Origin: Hormiphora californensis
Taxonomy: Eukaryota; Animalia; Ctenophora
DNA: 64,000 nt
Direction: 5' to 3'
Assembly (NCBI GenBank): GCA_020137815.1
Contig: CM035361.1
Span: 1,798,001-1,862,000 of the forward strand
In this document: piece by piece, positions 1 to 11,900 of the stretch
How positions within the stretch are numbered: position 1 is the first letter of the stretch
Layout: every line of letters starts with the position of its first letter
Program-made: the position numbers and the translations under genes
Notes under the pieces: model-generated
The model's input: the letters and a program-made list of their open reading frames with translations, nothing else
The model's database searches: none
Told to the model about the DNA's origin: nothing

Positions 1-660
1 AAATATTTGATTCGGCACCGACCCTCTCTCTACTCCTCGATGTTTCCCGCCATGTTCTGCAGCTGCTGTGTGAGAGTTGAACGCGAGCGCGTCAATAACA
101 TGACACGACATGCAACACGACATGCAACACGACATGCGAGATGCGAATTTCATTATTTTGAAGTTTTGTGGGGTTGCGATTTTTGTTTTAGGTCGGAGAG
201 TGAAACGGCCGGTACAGTGGTAAACTAGATTAAAAACTGTACGCCTCGTTAGACGGCGATTTTTCCTATCTTGTCTGGTTCCTGAGATATGGCCCCCTAA
301 AGAGTTGGTGTCTCAAACTGCTGAATCGGGGTCACGCGAGGAAAATGGGCATCAGTTTGCGTGTACTGCTCCGTTTTTCACGGGACTTGAACGAGGGTGA
401 CGGCAAGAGTCTCACCTATTACATGGTATCCTTACATTGTGTATTAAATCTAAAATGACTGAGCAGGATGCTTGTTAATGAACCTTGACGTGTTTGCTTG
501 TCTCGCAAGCGCGCTCGCGACTAGCAAACACGACATGCAGTTCACACCCTGCCATGGTGATGAGTGAATCTAGTTAACATGGTTGTTATGGTTACCATAG
601 TTACCGAGGCTACCGAATAAGGAACTGCTTTTAGAACTGTACAATATTCACACACACATA

Positions 661-2253
661 CCTCTCACTAAAGAATCTCCAGGCAGCATAAGCATAAGCA
701 CAGGTTGACACGGGATTACAGAGGAGCAGCTGGGTTGCGATGGACCAATAGAACCAACCCGCATAGGAGGGGTGTCGCGATATCGCATACACACCGTTCT
801 GGACAAGCTGAGAAATTGGACATTGGTTAGTTGACTGAATCAATTGATATACTATTCGTAAAACTCCCCGAAAACAATGTAGGTCACTAATTGTGTGGCT
901 CCCACTGCATTATATTTCAGAGCACACTATTCGGCAGATCAAGTCACCGAAACCTCCCCAACTTTATATATAAAATACAATGGTAATAAACCTCCCCAAC
1001 TTTAATTATAAAATACAATGGTACTAAACCTCCCTTACCTTGTGGTCCTCGTTCTTAGTGTCCTGGACGATGTGGTCAAAGTTTTCCGCTGCCGTTATCA
1101 TGGCCAGCTTCCTGACCGCATCTCCCGCTATCATTACCACCCCTCCTGTCCAGTATATCGGCTGAAAAATAAGGGGGCGGAGGGGAGAGTGAGATTGATC
1201 ATGTTGTATTAGAAGGGGGGTGTCAGATATAACTGTAGATTAAATGAACAAATAAACTATTGTATGTACAGACTAACTTATCTCCTAAACTCTCAATAAA
1301 GAGATCTGAGCAAGAATTCATCTCCTAAAGCAACACACAAAAAACAAAATCTAATACGTACCGCGTAAAACTTGTATCCAGGGCCAAGGTTGACGAAAGT
1401 GACCAGGTACTCAAATAGTCCAACTACCAGTGCTACATGGTAGGCAGTGGAGTGGTTGAGAAGGAAGGAATCGTAGGAGAGCTTGTGTTCTTTAAATAAC
1501 GCTGGAAAGAGTGTTTAGATGATTACAGATTGAGAAAGAGAGAAGTTGCCCTGCGCTGTGGGGTACTGAAAACCTCAGCGATGAATGGGTCTTTTATGAG
1601 AGCGGGAATTGGGAAAAGACAATACCTGTTAGAAGGTACTCTGAGATGTGGAAAAATGACAGTCCAACCAGATAACAACCAAGCTGCTTGTGATGGTCAG
1701 TATACCACGACACAATTAATCCTGGATAATAATGGTGTAACGATTAATTGCTTCATAAATATTGTTCTAATATTTGTCTTCCGTCACGGGGCAGCTGTAG
1801 CAGTGAGAGATGGTCGAGCAAGGCAAACTACAATGATCGATTTATCGAAACACAATTGTTGTGACTATGACCTAAAACCCACTCACCTGCTGACCCCACT
1901 GCACCAATAAAGTAACCTCTGTACACTATGCCATGTTCCCTCGGTAGGGCCAGGGAAAACAGAGGTGCTATACTAAACAAAATACCAAATGTGTACCAGA
2001 TTGCGTTGGCCTGAAATGAAAACAAACTGTTTATTTCAAACATACCCTTGATAATCATCAACGGGGGAATGTCAAGGCTACATCGATGTGTAATAGTTGA
2101 GCTAGGAAATCACAGGGATCATGAGTATTCTTTTATGAACTGTCTTATTAAAACTCTCCCTCTTGTACTCACATCTTTTGAGATAAGGAGAAGAACACAC
2201 AATATTGGATTTAAGTAGGATATTAGTGCTATAGAGAAGTTCCTACACGCCAT
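661..2253 (-). CDS. ICMT: Protein-S-isoprenylcysteine O-methyltransferase, multi-exon; last exon not found in the window
   Basis: Six GT-AG exons (~2173-2253, 1887-2010, 1625-1720, 1362-1502, 1039-1161, 661-808) give MACRNFS..., FFHISEYLLT, LSYDSFLLNHS, AVRKLAMITAAENFDHIVQ and LVQNGVYAISRHPSYAGWFYWSIATQLLLCNP, matching ICMT/Ste14 motifs. Confidence 0.93.
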
Positions 2254-2529
2254 AACTATCCTGGAGTGGAAAGATGAATCGGTAAAATTGCCCCGTCACC
2301 GGTGCCAGACGGTCTTGAGAAAAAGTGGTTTGAAACATATTTGAAATAGAAACGACTTTAATTGGTATACTTTGAAGGCCCCTGAGACGCAATAGAGGAC
2401 TGTAGCTCATGCCAGAGAGCTCGTAATTAGAAGATCATAACTTTTTTAAATGTTGAAGAAAGCAAACTTTTAAAAACTTTCGCGAAATTATGGTTTTTTT
2501 GTCATCATCATCATCATCAATTAACATTA

Positions 2530-3857
2530 TAGGCCGGTCATATGACGTTTTTTTCTCGGCGTAAAAGTTGTAAATCTAATTCCACTTCTATGGCACTCTA
2601 ATAGGTCCCTAGAACCACCAAAAAAATTCACCGCACTCTACGCGGTGGAGAACTTGACTTAATTGGGCCTAATTGGTTACAGGGTACTTTCAGCCTGAAG
2701 CCAACACCGTAAGTGCCCTTAGAGTAGGAGTAGAGAAAAAAACAAGGGCACTAAAGTGATCAGCGCCCACACATTAGTGGGGGTAGGTGCTGGAATTAAG
2801 TCTCTATCTCATCCCGTTAATTAGATAATTGGATAATTAGATGCGCACATAGCCGTTTTATGGTTATACGGTAAAAACCATCTTAGGAAACGAGTAGAGA
2901 AAAAACCAAGGGCACTAAAGTGTTCAGCGACCTCACATTAGTGGGGGTAGGTGCTGGAATTAAGTCTATCTCATCTGGATAATTAGATAATTGGTTAATT
3001 AGATGCGCACATAGCCGTTTTTGGCCATATGGCTATATCCACTTAGGAGAGGCGTAGAGACTTTTTACAGGCGCCATTTTGTAGGCAATGGCCAAGTTAT
3101 GGGGGGTCTTCGTCGGACTTTTAATCTCTATCTCCAACCGTTTAACCGTTATTAGGCTTTAAAGGTGCTCAAAATCGGGCTTTTTACCGTTTTTTGCTCA
3201 TTTTGAGCGCCTTTAAAGCCTAATAACGGCTAAACGGTTAGAGATAGAGCTTAAAAGTCCGACGAAGACCCCCCATAACTTGGCCATTGCCTACAAAATG
3301 GCGCCTGTAAAAAGTCTCTACGCCTCTCCTAAGTGGATATAGCCATATGGCCAAAAACGGCTATGTGCGCATCTAATTAACCAATTATCTAATTATCCAG
3401 ATGAGATAGAGACTTAATTCCAGCACCTACCCCCACTAATGTGAGGTCGCTGAACACTTTAGTGCCCTTGGTTTTTTCTCTACTCGTTTCCTAAGATGGT
3501 TTTTACCGTATAACCATAAAACGGCTATGTGCGCATCTAATTATTCAATTATCTAATTAACGGGATGAGATAGAGACTTAATTCCAGCACCTACCCCCAC
3601 TAATGTGTGGGCGCTGATCACTTAAGTGCCCTTGTTTTTTTCTCTACTCCTACTCTAAGGGCACTTACGGTGTTGGCTTCAGGCTGAAAGTACCCTGTAA
3701 CCAATTAGGCCCAATTAAGTCAAGTTCTCCACCGCGTAGAGTGCGGTGAATTTTTTTGGTGGTTCTAGGGACCTATTAGAGTGCCATAGAAGTGGAATTA
3801 GATTTACAACTTGAACGCCGATTTTTGATCTACTTTCGACATCATATGACTGGCCTA
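2530..3857. mobile_element. ~1.33-kb near-perfect palindromic (foldback) non-autonomous DNA transposon
   Basis: Arms are reverse complements around ~3185; termini TAGGCCGGTCATATGA...TCATATGACTGGCCTA flanked by TTA/TTA (or TA/TA); an internal ~165-bp direct repeat in each arm; no ORF. Confidence 0.85.
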
Positions 3858-4002
3858 TTAAATATACCGCTTTATAGCATATTGGTAAGATATCACTTAA
3901 AAAAGAAAAAACTTAACGGATAACTTCCTGCTTTCAAAAGCGGTTTTACTCTATTTGATCAATAAATCAGAGTCCATGAGCTAGTAGTGTTTATACAAAT
4001 GT

Positions 4003-4995
4003 TCAAATGTCCCTTGGTGCTTCTAACACCCTCTTTCCACGGATTATGAAGTAGGTTCCAGGGGACTGCTTTACCTTCTCCTTCAGTTCAACAACAAGCT
4101 TTTTCCGTTCATTCCGTTCTTCTACTGTTCTATCAGGAGATATAAAGACTTTGCCAAACTTGTCGTTCCCTTTCAGCAGGGATTTCTTCGACAGGATTGA
4201 AATTTGAGCTTCTCTGCTCCTCAGCACGACTTTCACAGGTCTTGCCGATGAGGACTGCTTTCCCAAGCGCTCGGCGGATTGCACTTTCGGAGCCTCTTCA
4301 AGCTCACCAAAAAGAGACTTAATTTGAGTTTCAAGCTTCTCACCATTTACATTGTCTTTCAACTCTTCCAATCCATGGATGATGATGTTACACCCACGGT
4401 CCTCCGATGCTGCCACGATTGCCGATTGAATCTTCTTTGGAGCCAGGGCCGAGGCACACTCTTTCTCCAAAACGGCTGCAAAGCTCTTCATTTCCTGTTG
4501 TGCTGTTGACTGCACAGCTGTTATCTCAACCTTCCTCTTCTCAAGTAATTGCCTCTGGATTTTCAGGAGCTCCTCTTGTGCAGCCACTAGATTTCTTTGG
4601 GTTTTTATGAGCTCTGTACTGTGTATTTTGAGCTCTTTCTCCAGCTGGTTTATCCTCAAGGTTTCGCAACCCACTGCTAACAACTCTTCAGTAACTGGGA
4701 AGGTCTGTTCCATAAGAATACGGCATGCATCCTCCACAAGGTCTAAAAGCACTGGCTTGGTCAGTGCATTGAGTTTAGTCCTGGAGGGGACCTTCAGATC
4801 ATTCCAAACTTCCGCTGTCTGTGGTCCGTACTGCTGCACTCTGTTCGGGTTTATTTCACCGAACCCACCGGTTAGGGTTAATACCTCGCTTACCCACTCC
4901 ACGGTTTGTTCTTGACAGTATCGGACGTGTTCTTCTTCCACATCTGTTTCCCGCAGGTAGGTCCGTGTATCAAGTTCATCGTCAGAGCTTTCCAT
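4003..4995 (-). mobile_element. LINE ORF1-like protein (coiled coil plus RRM/CTD-type region)
   Basis: From MESSDDELD: coiled coil, then NIIIHGLEE, RPVKVVL and VFISPDRTVEERNERKKL motifs typical of CR1/L2-group ORF1p. The N-terminal residues of the tracked 382-aa ORF come from the neighbouring palindrome and junction. Confidence 0.75.
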
Positions 4996-5029
4996 CTTCT
5001 TGCTGCCCTTTTGGGCTCTTACATAGACA

Positions 5030-7899
5030 TTTGTACCAACATGCCTTAAGGGTACGCTAACCAAAATTTTTTTTCGAGTGCAGGGAAATCTCTCACCGTA
5101 GGGTTGTAGGCCATGCCAAGGAGACCTCAAATATGCAATTTGAGCTCTCAAGTCGAATTCATATTTTTGCTACAGCTGCTTGAAAAATGAACTGAAAATA
5201 AGTTTTTGGCATCTTAAAAATACATTTGTAAAGATAGGATTATAAAAATTTGTGGATTTGAAGAGGACAAAGAGGTGAGTAGCCACAAAAATTTGTTTTG
5301 AAATCCGAGCTGATTTCCGTTCCTGAGGTGGATTTCTTTTTTTCCACTTTAACGCCCTATTTGGCAAAGTTCCGAAAACATGTGAAAGCTGTAAATTGGT
5401 GAAAAGTTGCGTCTAACAATTATCTAAGTGGCCATAAATTTTGGGCGTGTCCTTATTCGAGATAAGCTGTACAGAGTTTTTTTTGTGAAAGCCGTCATTT
5501 CAGAATTAAATAAATTCCCTGTATCTCAAAAACGGTTGATCGTAGAGACCTGAGACTATGCTTAAACGATTCAGAAGGTCCGATTTTGGGGGGGTCTTCT
5601 GAGAGACATTTTGCTCCTACTTCAACCGTTTTTACTGTAATTGCGAAAAACAAATTCTATGAAAAGGGCAAAAGCTAAACTCCAATATCCTGTAATTAGG
5701 GAATTTTAGCTAAGAAAGGACCGAAACTATGGAAAAATGTTTAACAAGCTAATTCCTTCACTATTTGGTCCATATGGGTCCCTATAATCATCAAAAACAA
5801 AATCACAAAAAATCCACGATGGCGAAGATGGGTTTTTGTTTTTCGCAATTACAGCAAAAACGGTTGAAGTAGGAGCAAAATGTATCTCAGAAGACCCCCC
5901 CAAAATCGGACCTTCTGAATCGTTTAAGCATAGTCTCAGGTCTCTACGATCAACCGTTTTTGAGATACAGGGAATTTATTTATTTCTGAAATGACGGCTT
6001 TCACTAAAAAAACTCTGTACAGCTTATCTCAAATAAGGACACGCCCAAAATTTATGGCCACTTAGATAATCGTTAGACGCAACTTTTCACCAATTTACAG
6101 CTTTCACATGTTTTCGGAACTTTGCCAAATAGGGCGTTAAAGTGGAAAAAAAGAAATCCACCTCAGGACCGGAAATCAGCTCGGATTGCAAAAAGATTTT
6201 TTGTGGTTATTCACCTTCATGTCCTCTTCAAATACCCAAATTTTCATGCTCTTATCTTTAAAAAAATTTTTTTGGGATGCCAAAAACGTATTTTCAGTTC
6301 ATTTTTCAAGCAGCTGTAGCAAAAATATGAATTCGACTTGAGAGCTCAAATTGCATATTTGAGGTCTCCTTGGCATGGCCTACAACCCTACGGTGAGAGA
6401 TTTCCCTGCACTCGAAAAAAATTTTTGGTTAGCGTACCCTTAAACGCCAATATATAACCCCCGTGTTTAAGAAAGGATCCAAAATGGAGGCAAAAAATTA
6501 TCGGCCTGTCGCACTCACCTCCCACATGATTAAAACATTTGAGAGAGTTGTAAGAAACAAAGTTGTCGATCATCTGGAGGGAAATGGGCTCTTCAACGAT
6601 GGCCAGCATGGTTTCCGGAGGAACAGAAGCTGCTTGACTCAACTCTTAAACCACTACGATAATGTCATGAGAGAACTGAATAACGGACACGAAGTGGATG
6701 TTGTGTATTTAGACATGGAGAAGGCTTTTGACAAAGTCGATGTCAAGGTCTTGATGGCAAAATTGGAAAAATACGGTATTCGGGGACAGCTACACCGTTG
6801 GATCAACAACTTCCTTTCAGAAAGAGTACAAACAGTGATGGTAGATGGTGCTCAGTCTCGGGAGGAATTGGTCATCAGTGGTGTCCCACAGGGTACAGTT
6901 ATTGGTCCCTTGTTGTTTTTAGTCTATATGATAGACATAGAGACACTTCTTTCTGGCACAGTCCTCACCTTCGCAGACGATTCCAAGCTGTGGAAGGCAA
7001 TCAAGTCATTGGATGATAGAGAGGATCTCCAGAAAAGTCTAGCTGTGTTTGCTCGTTGGGCGACAGATAACAACATGTCCCTACACCAGGACAAATTTGA
7101 AGTTATGAACTATACTCTTCGCTCCACCCAACTGTTAAGAGAGCTGCCATTCTCCAATGAAAACTACTCCTACAGTGGGCCTGGAGGCGAAACGATATCC
7201 CCTAGCGAATCTGTCAAAGACCTAGGAGTCCTTGTTTCAACAAACTGTGCATGGTCGGAGCATATCGGCAGCATCACGACTAAGGCTCGTCGGATGAGTG
7301 GCTGGGCACTTAGTGTGTTTCGGGATAGATCGGATGACACCATGCTAACCCTACTCAAATCCATCGTCAGACCCCAGGTTGAATACTGTTGCCCCCTATG
7401 GAACCCTGTCAAAAAGTCAGATATTGCACTGGTTGAGGAGGCACAGAGACAATTCACCCGCAGGATCGCGAGTTGTTCGGGCATGAATTACTGGGACAGA
7501 CTCCATCACCTCAAAATCCTGTCCCTTCAACGGCGCCGAGAACGATATATAATTATCCACGTCTGGAAGGTCTTGCATAAGGTAGTACCAAACAGTACGA
7601 GTCTCTTGTTTACAGAGCACCCACGCCTTGGCACCAGAGCGGTAATCCCTCGGTATAACTACTTGGCCCAAAAATCCATCTCTGGCCCCTATGACTCATC
7701 ATTCGGCGTAAAAGGAGCTCAGTTATGGAATGCAGTGCCTCGGGTAGTGAGATCTTCAGCTTCCCTACTCGAGCTAAAGCAGTCGCTCGGTAAATATCTG
7801 TCCACCATCCCTGACCAGCCACCAGTTCGTGGGTATAGTGTTCAGCACAGTAACTCCCTGTTGGATTGGAGAAACGATCCGAGTGTTTTCAGAGAGTAA
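5030..7899 (+). mobile_element. 5'-truncated CR1/L2-group LINE reverse transcriptase (ORF2), interrupted by the 5050-6439 element
   Basis: NYRPVALTS, QHGFR, YLDMEKAFD, SGVPQG and FADD RT motifs; removing the insertion and one TTAA restores VPTCLKRQYITPVFKKG in frame. Confidence 0.93.
5050..6439. mobile_element. ~1.39-kb palindromic non-autonomous transposon with TTAA TSD (Kolobok-like termini)
   Basis: TTAA|GGGTACGCTAACC...GGTTAGCGTACCC|TTAA; ~600-bp inverted arms around a ~180-bp spacer; TTAA plus RR..YY termini fits Kolobok rather than piggyBac (CC..GG). Confidence 0.85.
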
Positions 7900-8991
7900 A
7901 TCATTCAGGGGTGTTTTGCTTTTCTATGTTGTTTGGCTGCCCATTAAAACCCGATTCCTTTTGGTGTCTGAGTGTTAGCTCTTTTTGAGCTGAAACTTTG
8001 TGTACAATGCTTAATTTATTTATGAATGTTTATGAATGTTTATGAATGAAACTCAATAAATAGTTTTTTAGTTGATGAAAGTTTGAAACAAAGCTGCAAC
8101 TGCACTGTTTTACGACTGCGCGGCTCGATTTTTGCAGCGTTTATACAAACTTTATAGCCGCGGCGCTCAATCCAGTGAAATGTGCCATGCAGACACAAAA
8201 AATGCTGAAAAAAGGAAAATTTTTGTAAAAATCCGGGCCGAGTTTCAGTTTTTGGGCGTTCCATGATGGATACGATGGTACTTTCGACACTTCGGTGTTG
8301 TACCACTTTGTAGGTTCACTCTGTGACCAATCGTGGTGTGCGTTTATTATCTGACTTCAGACCACGGCGTCGGATTAAAAAAAATGAAAAAAGAGACAAA
8401 AAAGGGGGGAATGTGAGCGCTCACGGTTTCCTAGGGTTACAGCTAATTTTAGGGCCGGTCGGGGTGCTCGAATTAGAGTTTAGCCTTGAGATTTCCTATG
8501 AGATAAACTTGCTTTAAAGTAGCCAAAACGGTTGAGTAGTTTGGATTTCAGCCATTTTACCTTTTTGGAAGAACGCACCTGTAAAGTGTGGACTTATCGT
8601 AAGGGCGCCCACGGTTTTCGTAACAAATTTGTCAATCATCAAAGTTCAAACTTAGGTGGACCTAGGGCCTAGGTAAACAATTTTAGCACCACGTAAAAAA
8701 GCCCCAACTAACACTTATTGTTCACGACCATTAAGTGGTGATGAAGAAATTATAATCAACAACAACAATATTAATCAGTCATTTCTTGTACAGCAAGGAA
8801 TTTCAATGTAACCAATACAACACATTACACAACAAAGGACATAGTTCCAGTCAAAACACAAGTATCGTCTGTGGTAATGTATACAATGTACATAAACAAT
8901 GTGCATACACAACTAATTGTATGTCTTACTCTCCGACACTCTTAAATCATAACAACACGATATAATATTTTGTTTTCTGAAGTATCTGAGT

Positions 8992-11900
8992 TCATCGCCG
9001 CACTCGCCTCCACAGACATCCCAGAGATATCAAAGCAAGTCCAATTCCAAGGATGAAGTTGGCCATGATGTTTGGGAACCAAATGCCCTGTTGGGAAAAT
9101 ATGTTAAAATAATAATACTGGGTGGAGTGTTCACTAGAATGTTCAAAAGATTGTTCATATATTGGAATGAATGTTACGAATTGACTCACAGGTGTAATTC
9201 CATAGACTTCTAAAATCTGTTGGCCATCGACGAAGATACATGATTCGGAGATACTGTAATTTCCCATCGGCTGAGAGGGTGACGGTTTGTTAAAAACACT
9301 AAACAGGTGCATTTTGTTTTAAAACAAATTGCTATAAAAACAGGTCCGAATTCGCAATTAAGTTTCGAACCAACCTTTCGATCGCACTCAATTTCTCCCA
9401 TTCGATCGAACTCGTTGGTCATAAGGGCTGTCCAACCGTAGCGAATCCAGGAAAGGTATTTCACCGGGTAGAACCAGTAGGGAGTGTTTCTGAGTGGTGG
9501 GGGAATGAGAATTTAGCTAGTTACTTGACATGACTTGAAATTTAAAGAACATAATAATCGTGTCCAGTTTACACCTAGGGGCACCCCTGCAGTTAATAAG
9601 TGACCGGTATTTGTCTTGTTCGAACCTGTATCACAGTCACATTTGTAAGGAGGGTAAGAACAATATCCATCAATAACTTACGCATCGTTTTGGTAGAGAC
9701 CTCCAAAGAGAAGGAAAGGCATGATAATAGGAGCAACAATCGAGTTAGCTACTGCAATACTTTTCGTTAGACTGCCCGCAAATATGCCTGAGAGTTGTAG
9801 AAATATATCATAAAGAGCGGTTAAACCCTTATTTCGGGACCAACGCACGAGGGCCAATCACGTTTAAAGTGATACCAATGCAGAACGCCGCTAGTGGGGA
9901 CCATGGCTGACAGCTGTCAGACATTGCTTACCTAGACATGAGGCGACCCAGGCGATGCTAACACAAATCCAATAGCAGGAAACAAAGGCTGGAACTGTTC
10001 GTTCTAAACCTGTAATAATACGTGGTGAAATGGTGTTTTATAGTGAAATGGCAAGTTACAAAGTAAAATCAACCAGAGAGGGTTACTGGGTTAGTTTGGT
10101 TGTACAGTATATGTGTCTTTGACAGGGCGATTACATAACTCACTCAGTACAGGTGTATTACTCTGACAATATCAGTCCTATAATACCCTGTTAGAGCATT
10201 GGCCTGACAGCGTGTGAGAACTGTGGTCAGAGCATTGGCCTGACAGATAATACCTGTAAGGAAATAACTGATGATCAGCTGGAACATCACTAGTGCCAGG
10301 ATGTGAGGTATTAGGAGAATCATGAGGGATGCCAGGTAGGAGCAAACTCCGTACATCCCCGCTCTGTACTCCTTGTGGAGAATCTGAAAAGAAGATACAT
10401 GTGTAATGGATTCCCAAAACTGACTGAAATTTAACTTACATTGTCCTAAAAATTAAGTTTAATTTTAGCTAATAATTTAACTCACCGGGAACTCCTTTGG
10501 AAGGCTGGATGCTTGTGCGAATGTGTATGCGAAGGTGAAAGAAGTGCAAAAGAAGAAAAGAAGTCCACCTTTATTCTGTCCTACTTCCTGATTGTTTGGT
10601 AGCATAAAGAAACCTAGCCCACTGAGAAGGGCCCAGATCTGAAAATGTGGGTCTTTCAAACGGTAATCGAGTAGCAATGGATATATGATGTTTTATCAGC
10701 ACATAGTTTAAAAGGCTGACTTGACAGTCAGCACAGAATATCAAGAAATAGATTTCTCTAGTTACCAGTGTTTCAATCCATCGCTGGCTCGCAAGTCGTG
10801 GTGAGCGTTTCTGGATCACATAAGCCCTCTTCAGGTTCTCAAACAATTGAGTACAGTAGTTCGTCTGCATGTTTCTACGGCTGAAATACGATAGGACTAT
10901 AAGATTCATATCTAAATAAAGTTGGCTGAATAATTGGCTTATAAGTTAGCTAATTAGTTCCCTAATTGGCTAATTGGATAATTACCTGATAATGTTAGGT
11001 CGAACTGGGTTATCCTTGGCTACCTGAGATATCTTCCCCTCAATCGCTAAGTAGTGCTCCGACTCCTTGAAATACGTTACTACCTCCTGAAACACACATA
11101 ACAACCGTAGTAATACAGTGGTTATCAAAGTTCTATCCATTTCCTACGAAAGCCATCCTAGCGCCTCATTACAGTAAAAAGAAATCAAAAGAGCGGATGC
11201 GGAGTCCAATAAGAGGTCCACTACTTCTATGAAATGTTACTGAGTACTGATCATGATTAATACCTCGATGTTCCCAAGGCACCTTTCCTCCTCCCCTACT
11301 TTGACAGCCAACTCAAAGATAAAATGATCGGCCGGGTTAAACCGGTTTGGGCAGGGTTTTCCCATTTTGTCAAAGTGCTCAATGGCTGCCTCACGATCTC
11401 CAAGGAAGGCAACATGGCCATCAGCCAACAGACAAACCCTGGGGAAGAGAGATTTACATGTCCTGGTTATTTATTACGTGTCCAACTAAAAACTAACTGT
11501 AGAATACCACTTTAGCGGAAGCGAAATCTCTGATATTGCAGTAGTAAGTATACATAGCTCAATATGTATTTCCAGGAATGAGAAGTCCTTCCTAGCTAGA
11601 ACCTGATCACTATAAATCACATTTCGTAAAATAGCTATTACTAGAAGGAAAGGGATTTCTAAGAAAACTGGGTGATATGCCTTGAAAAATGTATGTGCCG
11701 GAAGGACCTACGGATAAACATCATAGTAAAACATGTACCACTTGTGCCTGGCGTCTTCGGGGCGCAGCACTGCAAGGTACACTAAAACCAAACCAAACAT
11801 CTCACCTGTCGATTGTCGAATCAAACATCTTACCTGTCAAACAGAGCAAACACCTCCGAACTAGGTTGATGAATTGTCATGAGAATAGTTCGGTTCGCTT

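Noticed and set aside
5170-6319. Twin 65-aa ORFs MPNRALKW on opposite strands
   Set aside because: Mirror products of the palindrome arms with TTG starts and no domain
7903-8700. Probable further repeat element after the RT
   Set aside because: It looks repetitive, but I could not define termini, a TSD or coding content
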